NCBI RefSeq assembly: GCF_963921235.1
Contig: NC_086109.1
Location: 7,876,001-7,940,000, forward strand
Source: Mobula hypostoma
Lineage: Eukaryota
DNA length: 64,000 nucleotides
Direction: 5' to 3'
In this document: positions 52,828-64,000 of the stretch, one piece after another
Position numbering within the stretch: the first letter of the stretch is position 1
Layout of the letters: each line of letters begins with the position of its first letter
Notes under the pieces: model-generated
Seen by the model: the letters and a program-made list of their open reading frames with translations, nothing else
The model's database searches: none
Told to the model about the DNA's origin: nothing
Position numbers and translations under genes: made by a program

Positions 52828-53123
52828 GTGGGCATGTGGCCAAGTGGTTAAGGCATTGGACTAACGACCTGAAGGTCGTGAGTTCGAACCCCAGCTGAGG
52901 CAACGTGTGTTGTGTCCTTGAGCAAGGCACTGCGACGACACTGGTGCCAAGCTGTATGGGTCCTAATGCCCTTCCCTTGGACAACATTGGTGTCATGGAG
53001 AGGGGAGACTTGCAGCATGGGCAACTGCTGGTCTTCCATACAACCTTGCCCAGGCCTGCGCCCTGGAGAGTGAAGACTTTCCAGGCGCAGATCCATGGTC
53101 TCGCAAGACTAACAGATGCCTTA
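52828..53123 (+). mobile_element. tRNA-derived SINE nested in another SINE
   Basis: TGGCCAAGTGG and GTTCGAACC boxes; TSD AAGGTAGGGTT at 52817-52827 and 53124-53134. Confidence 0.9.
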
Positions 53124-53969
53124 AAGGTAGGGTTAAATCAGGGGTTTGCTGGGTGGCATGGCTTAAAGGGTCAGAAAGGCCTATTCCACGGTGTATCTCA
53201 ATGAATAAATAAATAAATATTATCATAACACAACATCGCAGAAGTTAGTGTGGCCCTCTTACAGCTCAGAGCCACTCCAGAGTTGAGAATTCAATTCCAG
53301 CTCCTCCTTCAATGTTCTCCCTGCGAACTGTGTGGGTTTTCTCCGAGTGCTTCTTTTTCCTCCCACAGTCCAAAGACCCCACCAGTTAGTAGGTTAATTG
53401 GTCATTGTAAATTGCCATCTCCATTCTAAAAGGATGCCCCTCTTTTGTGAGGCTGTGTCCTCTGGTCTTAGACTCTAAATTACAAAAGTTAGTAATTTTT
53501 GGACAGAAATGTTGGTTGGATCTTGTATATTTGAACGCTGTGCTAAATGTCGTCTTTAAATTATAAATAATAAACCAATTCTATTCCAAACCAGACTGGG
53601 TTTGACATTATTCCACAGAGACAGTAGTCTCCCAATTTCTGTTCAGGTAAGTTTGAAGGCAACTCAACTAAAGCAACACTGGGAGTATCAATATACCCTG
53701 GAGATCTTTGGGACTGTGCGGGAATCATTGGTTGAGAGAAAGCACATTTTAGTCCAGGTGAGGATTTTTTTAAATGATCAGACGCGGGTACAATCATTGA
53801 TTGCTTTTGATAACCAGTGCGAAGTGTTCTGGGCACAGATTGATGTTCAGAGTGATCTTGGGGTCCAAACCTCCCTGAATGTGTCCATGTGTTTAGACAG
53901 AGTGGTAAAGAATGTGTTTGGAATGAGAGCTTTCATCACTGGGGGCAGTGTATAAGAGTCAGAGGGTCA

Positions 53970-54690
53970 TATTGACGAAGTGGCAAATGAGATACAATGT
54001 TGGAAAATGCATAGTCATACACTTTGGTACTAGAAATAAATGTGCAGACTGTTTTCTAAACGGGGAGAAAATCCAAAAATCTGAGATGCAAAGGGACTTG
54101 GGAGTCCTTGTGGAGAACACGCTAAAGGTTAACTTGCAGATAGAGTCGGTGGTTGAGAAGGCAAGTGCAATGTTAGCATTCGTTTCAAGAGGTCTAGCAT
54201 ACAAGAGCAGGGATGTGATGCTGAGGTTTTATAAGGCACTGGTGAGGCCTCACCTTGAATATTGCGAACAGGTTTGGGCTCCTCATCTAAGAAAATATGT
54301 GCTGGCATTGGAGAGGGTTCAGAGGAGTTTAAAGGATGATTCTGGGAATGGAAGGGTTATCATACGAGGAATGTTTGACGGACTTGGGTCTGTACTCACT
54401 GGAATTTAGAAGGATGAGGGAGATCAAACATTGAAAGGCCTAGCCAGAGTAGATGTGGAAAGGATGTTTCTCATGGTGGAGGAGTCTAGGACAAGAGGAC
54501 AACCTCAGGATAGAGGGGTGTCCATTTAAAACAGAGATGTGGAGAAATTTCTTTAGCCAGAGGGTGGTGAATTTGTGGAATTTATTACCACAGGCAGCTG
54601 CGGAGGCCAGGTCATTCGGTGTACTTAAGGCAGAGCTTGATCGGTTCTTGATTGGACATTGCATCAAAGGTTACGGGGAGAAGGCTGGAT
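53970..54690 (+). mobile_element. CR1 3' fragment
   Basis: KWQMRYNVGKC..FYKALVRPHLEYC..FFSQRVVNLWN. Confidence 0.92.
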
Positions 54691-56574
54691 AGTAGTAATT
54701 TTGCCCTATCATCTCCCGGTTCTTCCTCACAATCTCACTACACACTGCATGGACTTGTGTACCAACCTCAGCCCGGTTACTCTGATTCCCATACACCTGC
54801 CAAATTAGCATAAATACTCCTCAACAGGTCTAGCAAACTTGACCATAAGGATTTTGGTAACCCCTGAGTTCAAGTGTAGCCCATCCTTTTGTACAGGTCA
54901 TACCTTCCCCAGGAGATATCTCGATGATCAAGGACCCCCCACCATCAAAGCCACGCTCACTGCTGCCATCAGGAAGAAGGTACAGGAGCCTTGGGACCCA
55001 CACCACCAGGTGCAGCAAGAGTTATTACCCCTCAACCATTGGGCTTTTGAACGAGACGGAATAACTTTGGTTACAAGGGGAGACAAGGTTGAATAGATTT
55101 TTGCATAGTAGGGGAATTAAGGGTTATGGAGAAAAGGCGGGTAGGTGGAGTTGAGTCCATGGCCAGATCAACCATGATCTTATTAAATGGCGGAGCAGGC
55201 TGGACAGGCCACATGGCCTACTCCTGCTCCTGTTTCTTATGTTCTTATAAACCACTCAGCTTCACTCACCCCAACACTGAAGAGTTCCCACAACCTATGG
55301 AATCACTCGCAAGGACTCTTCATCTCGTGTTCTCGATGTTTTTGCTTATTTATTATTATTAGTTTTCTTTCTCTTTTTGTATTGCCTTTTGCTCATTGGT
55401 TGTTTGTCCACATTGTTCTGTGTGATCTTTCATCGATTCAATGATGTTTCTTTGTACTTACTGTGAGTCCCTGAAAGAAAATGACCCTCGGAATCATATA
55501 TGGTGACACATATGTACTTGTATGGTAGAACAGTGTGGAGGGGCAGAGTGGCCTCCTCCTGATTCTATGTTGCTTTGCTGCAGCTTCTGCAGAGACGGTT
55601 GTCCATCAGACTGAACCAGCAGGGAGCTGGCAAATTACTGTCTTGGAAAAAAAAATAAGAAGCATAAATTTTCTGGATGAAGTCAAAGAATTTAAAATTC
55701 AGTTTGATGTCTCACTTTAATCAGTTGACTTCACGAGCGAACCTTCTGCAATATGACAACAAATTGCAGAGTTTATGCTTCAACTAAATGAAAGGCAGAG
55801 AGACAGAAAAGAACATGGGATAAAATCAGAGAACAAATGAAATGAACACTATTTAAATTAAAGAGGTATTTTTAATTAACAAATTGACTTCATGTATAAT
55901 CACTAGATATAGCCTGCTGTTTGCTTTAACAATCTAATCTTACCAGTAATCTAATTTTTTTATTGTACCACACACAAAATGCCAGAGGAACTCAACAGGA
56001 CAGGCAGCATCTATGGAAAGGAATAAAGAGTCGATGTTTTGGGGATCTGATGAAAAGTCTCAGCCCAAAACATCAAACTTCAAAGTAAATTTATTATCAA
56101 AGTACATATATGTGGGTCTGTGTGGTTGGTGAAGTGGTATCCGGTGCCAGGTTTCAATCCGGCCAGCTCCTTGCACAAGTTCCACATGTGCTGGGTTGAG
56201 CATCAACCTAGCAACTCGGCTTCATAAAACAGACAAATGCTAAAGAAACAACAAAGTTCTGCCCAATGACAGGAACTTTACCTTTTTACTTTTACATGTA
56301 TGTCACCATATACAACCCTAAGATCTCATTTTCTTGTGGGCATACTCAATAAATCTAAAGAACAATAACCATTACAGAATCAGTGAAATTCTGCCCAACT
56401 AGGGCATTCAACCAGAATGCAGAGGACAACAAACTGTGCAAAGACAAAATAAGAAATTAAAGTAATTAATAGATAAGCAATAAATATGGAGAATAAGAGA
56501 TGAAGAGTCCTTGGAAGTAAGTCCATTAGTTTTGAGAACATTTCAATGATAGAGCAAGTGAAGCTGACTGATGT

Positions 56575-57910
56575 TATGAAAAGATAGGCCAAAGCCAGCA
56601 TGGTTTCCTGAAAGGAAAATCGTGCCTGACTAACCTACTGCAATTTTTTGAGGAAATTACAAGCAGGGTAGACAAAGGAGATGCAATAGATGTGCTGAAC
56701 TTGGATTTTCAGAAGGCCTTTGACAAGGTGCCACACAGGAGGCTGCTTAGCAAGATAAGAACCCAAGGAATTACAGGGAAGTTACTAGCATGGGTGGAGC
56801 ATTGGCTGATCAGCAGAAAACAGAGAGTGGGAATAAAGGGATCCTATCCTGGCTGGCTGCCGGTTACCAGTGGAGTTCCACAGGGGTCGGTGTTGGGACC
56901 ACTGCTTTTTACGATGTATGTCAATGATTTGGGCTACGGTATTAATGGATTTGTGGCTAAATTTGCCAATGATACAAAGATAGGTGGAGGAGCGGGTAGT
57001 GTTGAGGAAACAGAGAGCCTGTAGAGAGACTTAAATAGTTTAAGGGAATGGGCAAAGAAGAGGGGAATGGGCAAAGAAGTGGCAAATGAAATGCAATGTT
57101 GGAAAGTGTATGGTCATGCACTTTGGTGGAAGAAATAAATGGGCAGACTATTATTTAGATGGGGAGAGAATTCAAAACGCAGAGATGAAAAGGGACTTGG
57201 GAGTTCTTGTGCAAGATATCCTAAAGGTTAACCTCCAGGTTGAGTCGGTGGTGAAGAAGGTGAATGCAATGTTGGCATTCATTTCTAGAGGTATAGAATA
57301 TAAGAGCAGGGACGTGATGTTGAGGCTCTATAAGGCACTCGTGAGTCCACACTTGGAGTATTGTGTGCAGTTTTGGGTTCCTTATTTTAGAAAGGATATA
57401 CTGACGTTGGAGAGGGTTCAGAGAAAATTCATGAGAATGATTCCAGGAATGAAAAGGGTTACTGTATGAGGAACGTCTGGCAGCTCTTGGGCTGTATTCC
57501 CTGGAGTTCAGGAGAATGAGGGGGGATCTCATAGAAACATTCCGAATGTTGAAAGGCCTGAACAGATTAGATATGGCAAAGTTATTTCCCATGGTAGGGG
57601 ACTCTAGGACAAGAGGGCATGACTTCAGGATTGAAGGACGTCTTTTTCGAACTGAGAAGCGGAGAAATTACTTTAATCAGAGGGTGGTAAATCTGTGGAA
57701 TTTGTTGCCACAAGCAGCTGTGGAGGCCAAGTCATTGGGTGTATTTAAGGCAGAGATAGATAGGTTCTTGATTAGCCAGGGCATCAAAGGGTATAGGGAG
57801 AAGGCAGGAGGGTGGGGATAACTGGAAGAACTGGATCAGCCCATGATTGAATGGTGGGGCAGACTCGATGGGCTGAATGGCCTACTTCCGCTCCTATATC
57901 TTATGGTCTT
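56575..57910 (+). mobile_element. CR1 RT-to-3' end fragment
   Basis: LDFQKAFDKVPH..SGVPQGSVLGPLLF..KFANDTKIGG; stop at 57024 and a 19-bp tandem duplication near 57043-57080. Confidence 0.95.
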
Positions 57911-58988
57911 TGGTTCAAGAGACTGATGGTTGAAGGGTAATAACTGTTCGATGTAAACATCGACTATTGATGTAAACGTCGACTGTTTATTCATTTCCAT
58001 AGATGCTGACTGATCTACTGAGCTCCTCCAGCATTTTGTGTGTCTTGCTCTGGATTTCCAGCATCTGCAGAATCTCTAGTGTTTGTATTTTTTATATTGT
58101 GTTCTTTATACCTATTGTGTTTTGTTTTTATGCTGCATCAGATCCACAGGAACAATCATTCTCTTCTCCCTTACACTCGTGTACTGAAAAATAACAATAA
58201 ACAGTCTTGAATCCTGAAATGTTTCCTTTATATTCCATGTCTCATTGGTTAAAGTGACAGAATTCATTAATTTTGCAGGAGTATTTAACTCCAATCCTTT
58301 GCTATTTTGCTCACAGCACAAAAATGGATGGTGTGTCTTTGTTAAAATGTCCCGTTAAAATTTGCTTCAATATTATTTTAAGTTGAATGAGAATTCTGGT
58401 TAATTCTTGGAGAGAACTTAGTTCATTCCAGTGGATGAATTAGGGCAGCAGGGTGGTGTAGCAGTTAGTGTGACACTTTTCAACAACAGTGGTCACTGAT
58501 CAGGTTTCAATTCCCACTGCTATCTGTAAGGAATTTGTACGTTCACCCTATGACGGCGTGATGTTCTGGTTTCCCCCCACGTTCCAAAGACGTATGGGTT
58601 AGTTCTGTCGTGAGTAGGCTCTGCTGGCTCTGGGAGCATGGTGGCATTTGCAGGCTGCCCCCAGCACATCCTCGGACGGTGTCGGTCCTTAACACAAACG
58701 ACATATTTCACTGTATGTTTCAATGTTTCAGTGTACATGTAACAAATAAGACTAATCTTTATACAGTGAGAAACTTTGTTTCGCATGTCATCCATGCAGA
58801 TCCTTCCAAAACATCGAGGTAGTAAAGGGAACAGAATATGTTGTTGCAGTTCCCACTATTCAGGACATTTACAAAGACAGGTGTGCAAAAAGGGCCCGAA
58901 GAATCATTGGGGACCCGAGTCACCCCAACCACAAACTGTTCCAGCTACTACCATCCGGCAAACAGTAGCTCAGCATAATAGGCTCCAG

Positions 58989-61535
58989 CAACACACATCA
59001 AAGTTGCTGGTGAACGCAGCAGGCCAGGCAGCATCTCTAGGAAGAGGTACAGTCGACATTTTGGGCCGAGACCCTTCAGCAGGACTAACTGAAGGAAGAG
59101 CTAGTAAGAGATTTGAAAGTGGGAGGGGAGGGGGAGGGGGAGATCCAAAATGACAGGAGAAGACAGGAGGGGGAGGGATGGAGCCAAGAGCTGGACAGGT
59201 GATTGGCAAAAGGGATATGAGAGGATCATGGGACAGGAGGCCCAGAGAGAAGGAAAAGGGGGAGGGGGAAAAAAACCCAGAGGGTGGGCAAGGGGTATAG
59301 TCAGAGGGACAGAGGGAGAAAAAGAATGTGTGTATATAAATAAATAACGGATGGGGTACAAGGGGGAGGTGGGGCATTAGCGGAAGTTAGAGAAGTCAGT
59401 GTTCACGCCATCAGGTTGGAGGCTACCCAGACGGAATATAAGGTGTTGTTCCTCCAAACTGAGTGTGGCTTCATCTTTACAGTAGAGGAGGCTGCTGATA
59501 GACATATCAGAATGGGAATGGGATGTGGAATTAAAATGTGTGGCCCCTGGGAGATCCTGCTTTCTCTGGCGAACAGAGCGTAGGTGTTTAGCAAAACAGT
59601 CTCCCAGTCTGCATCGGGTCTCGCCAATATATAGAAGGCCACATCGGGAGCACCGGACGCAGTATATCACCCCAGCCGACTCACAGGTGAAGTGTTGCCT
59701 CACCTGGAAGGACTGTTTGGGGCCCTGAATGGTGGTAAGGGAGGAAGCGTAAGGGCATGTGTAGCACTTGTTCCGCTTACAAGGATAAGTGCCAGGAAGG
59801 AGATCAGTGGGGAGGGATGGGGGGGGGACAAATGGACAAGGGAGTCGCGTAGGGAGCGATTCCTGCAGAAAGCAGAGAAAGTGGGGGAGGGAAAGTTGTT
59901 CTTAGTGGTGGGATCCCGTTGGAGGTGGCGGAAGTTACGGAGAATAATATGTTGGACCCGGAGGCTGGTGGGGTGGTAGGTGAGAACCAGGGGAACCCTA
60001 TTCCTAGTGGGGTGACGGGAGGATGGAGTGAGAGCAGATGAGCCTGAAATGGGGGAGATGCGTTTGAGAGCAGAGTTGATGGTGGAGGAAGGGAAGCCCC
60101 TTTCTTTAAAAAAGGAAGACATCTCCCTCGTCCTGGAATAAAAAACCTCATCCTGAGAGCAGATGCGGCGGAGACGGAGGAATTGCGAGAAGGGGATGGC
60201 ATTTTTGCAAGAGACAGGATGAGAAGAGGAATAGTCCAGATAGCTGCGAGAGTCAGTAGGCTTATAGTAGACATCAGTAGATAAGCTGTCTCCAGAGACA
60301 GAGACAGAAAGATCTAGAAAGGGGAGGGAGGTGTCAGAAATGGACCAGGTAAACTTGAGGGCAGGGTGAAAGTTGGAGGCAAAGTTAATAAAGTCAACGA
60401 GTTCAGCATGCGTGCAGGAAGCAGCGCCAATGCAGTCGTCGATGTAACGAAGGAAAAGTGGGGGACAGATACCAGAATAGGCACGGAACATAGATTGTTC
60501 CACAAAGCCAACAAAAAGGCAGGCATAGCTCGGACCCATACGGGTGCCCATAGCTACACCTTTAGTTTGGAGGAAGTGGGAGAAGCCAAAGGAGAAACTA
60601 TTAAGAGTAAGGACTAATTCCACTAGACGGAGCAGAGTGGTGGTAGAGGGGAACTGATTAGGTCTGGAATCCAAAAAGAAGTGGAGAGCTTTGAGACCTT
60701 CCTGATGGTGGATGGAAGTATATAGAGACTGGACATCCATGGTGAAAATAAAGTGGTGGGGGCCAGGGAATGTAAAATCATCGAAAGTTTAAGAGCGTGA
60801 GAAGTGTCACGAACATAGGTAGGAAGGGATTGAACAAGCCGGCCTTCTATTTATTGGCGAGGCCCAACGCAGACTGGGAGGTTGTTTTGCTGAACACCTA
60901 CGCTCTGTCTGCCAGAGAAAGCAGGATCTCCCAGTGGCCACACATTTTAATTCCACATCCCATTCCCATTCTGATATGTCTGTCCACGGCCTCCTCTACT
61001 GTAAAGGTGAAGCCACACTCAGGTTGGAGGAACAACACCTTATATTCTGTCTGGGTAGCCTCCAACCTGATGACATGAACATTGACTTCTCTAACTTCTG
61101 CTAATGCCCCACCTCCCCCTCGTACCCCATCCATTATTTATTTTTATACACACATTCTTTCCCTCTCTCTGCTTTTTCTCCCTCTGTCCCTCTCACTATA
61201 CCCCTTGCCCATCCTCTGGGTTTCCCCGCCCCCCCCCCCGCTTTTCCTTCTCACTGGTCCTCCTGTCCCATGATCCTCTCGTATCCCCTTTGCCTATCAC
61301 CTGTCCAGCTCTTGGCTCCATCCCTCCCCCTCCTGTCTTCTCCTATCATTTTCGATCTCCCCCTCCCCCTCCCACTTTCAAGCTCTTACTAGCTCTTCCT
61401 TCAATTAGTCCTGACGAAGGGTCTCGGCCTGAAACGTCGACTGCACCTCTTCCTAGAGATGCTGCCTGGCCTGCTGTGTTCACCAGCAACTTTGATGTGT
61501 GTTGCTTGAATTTTCAGCATCTGCAGAATTCCTCG
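58989..61535 (-). mobile_element. 5'-truncated Penelope-like element (RT + GIY-YIG, minus 60836-58989) with inverted pLTR (plus 60840-61535), inserted in a Rex LINE
   Basis: 346-aa RT ORF MDVQSLYTSI..QTKGVAMGTRMGPSYA..FLRYIDD; GIY-YIG VIYCVRCSRCGLLYIGET; TSD TAATAGGCTCCAG at 58976-58988 and 61536-61548. Confidence 0.95.
61407..61442 (+). ncRNA. Minimal hammerhead ribozyme, intact core
   Basis: Identical to 25592-25627. Confidence 0.85.
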
Positions 61536-62323
61536 TAATAGGCTCCAGGACAGCTTCTTCCACCAGGCCATCAGACTGATTAATTCATGCTGATACAATT
61601 GTATTTCTATGTTATACTGACTGTCCTGTTGTACATAATATTTATTATAATTTACTATAAATTGCACATTTAGATGAAGATGTAATGTAAAGATTTTTAC
61701 TCCTCACGTATATGAAGGATATAAGAAATAGTCAATTCAATTCAAGTTGCAATTACAGAGAGTTTAATTGTGTGTCATTGGCTTAATTAAATTGGCACAA
61801 AATCTCGGCCATAGAGCCTGTTCTAGTGTTGTGCTGTTCTATGTTTTACAAACACCTTTGTTCCTTCAGCGACCTACACACAACACTGGAGGAACTCAGC
61901 AGGACAGGCAGCATCTATGGAGAGGACATTTAGGTGAGTTCCCTCAAGATGTCAACTCTTTACTCCCCTCCACCTGACTTGCTGAGTTCCACCAGCATTT
62001 TGTGTGTGTTGCTCTAGATTTCCAACTTCTGCAGCACCTCTTGGGCTAATGATTCCTTCATCCTTTACTCGTTTGTAGTATTTGGCTTCTTGAATCCATC
62101 ACTGTATTTGTCAGTATTAGGTTTGATTTGGATGTCTATCTATCTTCACATTAGTCATTATTTGAGTCTGGTCTAACTTCTTTCTCATCAGGATTGTGTG
62201 TGATGAGAACACTACTGTATGATTGGGCAGCTTGGCAAATAGCAGCAGAACAACGTCAATGGCCCTAACACATCGACCTTCAGTCCAGGAGACAACTATT
62301 CACAAGGTCCTCTGACTCTTTAG

Positions 62324-63085
62324 CAACACACACAGAATGCTGGAGGAAATCAGCAGGTCAGGCAGCATCTATGGTGAAGAGTAAACAGTCGATGTTTCAA
62401 GCTGAGACCCTTCATCAGGACTGGAAAGGAAGGAGGAAGATGCCTGAATAAAAAGTGTTTACAGGGTATCTGACATAAATCGGGGGGACTTCTTCGTCAA
62501 GCACCTCCACACCATCCACCACCGGCTTGATTTCCTGTGGCCAAACTTTTTAATTCTGATTCCCGTTCCTGTTCTGATGTGTTGATCCATGGCCTTATCT
62601 TGTGCCAAGATGAGGACACCCTCAGGGTGGAGGAGCAACACTTTATATTCTATCTGGTTACCTTCCAACGTGATGGCATAAATAACGATTTCTCCTTCCA
62701 GTGAACAAACTTCCACCCCCCCCATTCCTCTATTCCCTACTCTGACTTTTCATCTCTTCTCCCCTGCCTATTACTCCCCCTGTGTCCCTCCTCCTTCCCT
62801 TTCTCCTACAGTCCATTCTCATCTCCCATCAGATCCTTTCATCTCCTGCCCTTGACCCTTCCCTCCCACCTGGCTTCACCTATCACCTTCCAGCTAGACT
62901 CTTCCCCTCTTCCCATTTTTTAATTCAGGTATCTGCCCCCATCCTCTCCGGTCCTGAAGCAGGGTCTCGGCCTGAAACGTCGACTGTTTACTCTTTTCCA
63001 TAGATGCTGCCGGGCCTGCTGCGTTCCTCCAGCATTGCCTGTGTGTTACTCGGGATTTCCAGCCTCTGCAGACTTTCTCCTGTTC
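62324..63085. mobile_element. PLE remnant with inverted pLTRs (minus 62324-62455; plus GIY-YIG + pLTR 62480-63085)
   Basis: Hammerhead variants at 62386-62423 (minus) and ~62950-62986 (plus, CUGAAGC mutated); EEQHFIFYLVTFQRDG remnant. Confidence 0.85.
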
Positions 63086-63548
63086 GTCCTCTGACTCTTT
63101 GTCTGATTATGGGACGGTCTAGCATTGTCTTGCCCCTTCCTCGGTGACACATAAGGCCACCTCAGAAGGACAATGGGCCTGCAGTAAGACACACACTTGA
63201 ACTGTGTTTGTCAAAAGCTGTACTGTGGAGATCATTCTGACAGCCTGTATCACCATCTGGTATTGGGAGGCTACTGCACAGGACCGAAAGAAGCTGCAGA
63301 AAGTTGGGTACAGGCCTCTGTAGTATCCAAGACATCCTCTGGGAACGGTGCCTCAGAAAGGCAGCGTCCATTATTAAGGACCACCATCACCCAGGACATA
63401 CCTTCTCTCATTGTTACAGTCAGGAAGGAGGTCCAGGAGCCTGAAAGCACATGGTCAGCAATTCAGGAACCGCTTCTTCCCTCTACCATCCGATTCTTAA
63501 ATGGACATTGAATCCATGAACACTACCTCACTTTTTTTGTATTATATT

Positions 63549-64000
63549 ATTAGATTAGATTATGAGAACACTCAGTCCTCGTTTATTGTCATTTAGAAGT
63601 GCATGCATTAAGAAATGATACAATGTTCCTCCAGAGTGATATCACAGAAAAGCAGGACAAACCAAAGACTAACACTGACAGAACCACATAATTATAACAT
63701 ACAGTTACAGCAGTGCAAAACAATACCATAATTTGATAAAGAACAGACCATGGGCACGGTAAAAAAAACTGTCAAAGTCCCAAGTCGATCGACTCCCAAG
63801 TCCCCGATAGCAGGCGGCAAAAGGGAGAAACTCTCTGCCATAAACCTCCAAGCACTGACGACTGCTGATGCATTGGAAGCAGCCGACCACAGCCGACACT
63901 GAGTCCGTCCATCCAAAAACTTCGAGCCTCTGACCAGCCCCTCCGATACAGTCCCCCCCCCCCCCGAGTGCCATCCTCTGCTGAACGCTTTTGACCTCTC
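63549..64000 (-). mobile_element. ORF-less CpG-rich retroposon, copy 4 (runs off the window)
   Basis: (TTAGA)n tail and body similar to the reverse complement of 44660-45107. Confidence 0.85.

Noticed and set aside
59377..60740. Autonomous or domesticated RT gene
   Set aside because: 5'-truncated near 60836, frameshifted and bounded by a TSD; ordinary PLE insertion

Overview
Eukaryotic, vertebrate, non-coding DNA, most of which is transposable-element sequence. The repeat repertoire is CR1, Rex1/Babar, RTE, HERO-like and L2 LINE pieces, Penelope-like elements (PLE), tRNA-derived SINEs, Tc1 and hAT relics, solo LTRs and microsatellites. This looks like a cartilaginous fish (ray/shark) intron or intergenic region; the taxon is my inference. 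No host protein-coding exon, rRNA, true tRNA gene or CRISPR array could be supported, and the ORF track is retroelement fragments or noise. Best-supported points of interest: (i) a dispersed PLE terminal repeat carrying a minimal hammerhead ribozyme (about 20 copies, 3 with intact core), including solo and fold-back derivatives; (ii) a young PLE with inverted terminal repeats, a 13-bp TSD and nearly intact RT/GIY-YIG coding; (iii) a ~0.67-kb ORF-less CpG-rich retroposon family with a fixed 5' end and (AATCT)n tail (4 copies); (iv) a 109-bp near-perfect templated insertion copied from exactly 1000 bp away. I found no convincing wholly new biological system. Most element boundaries are approximate.
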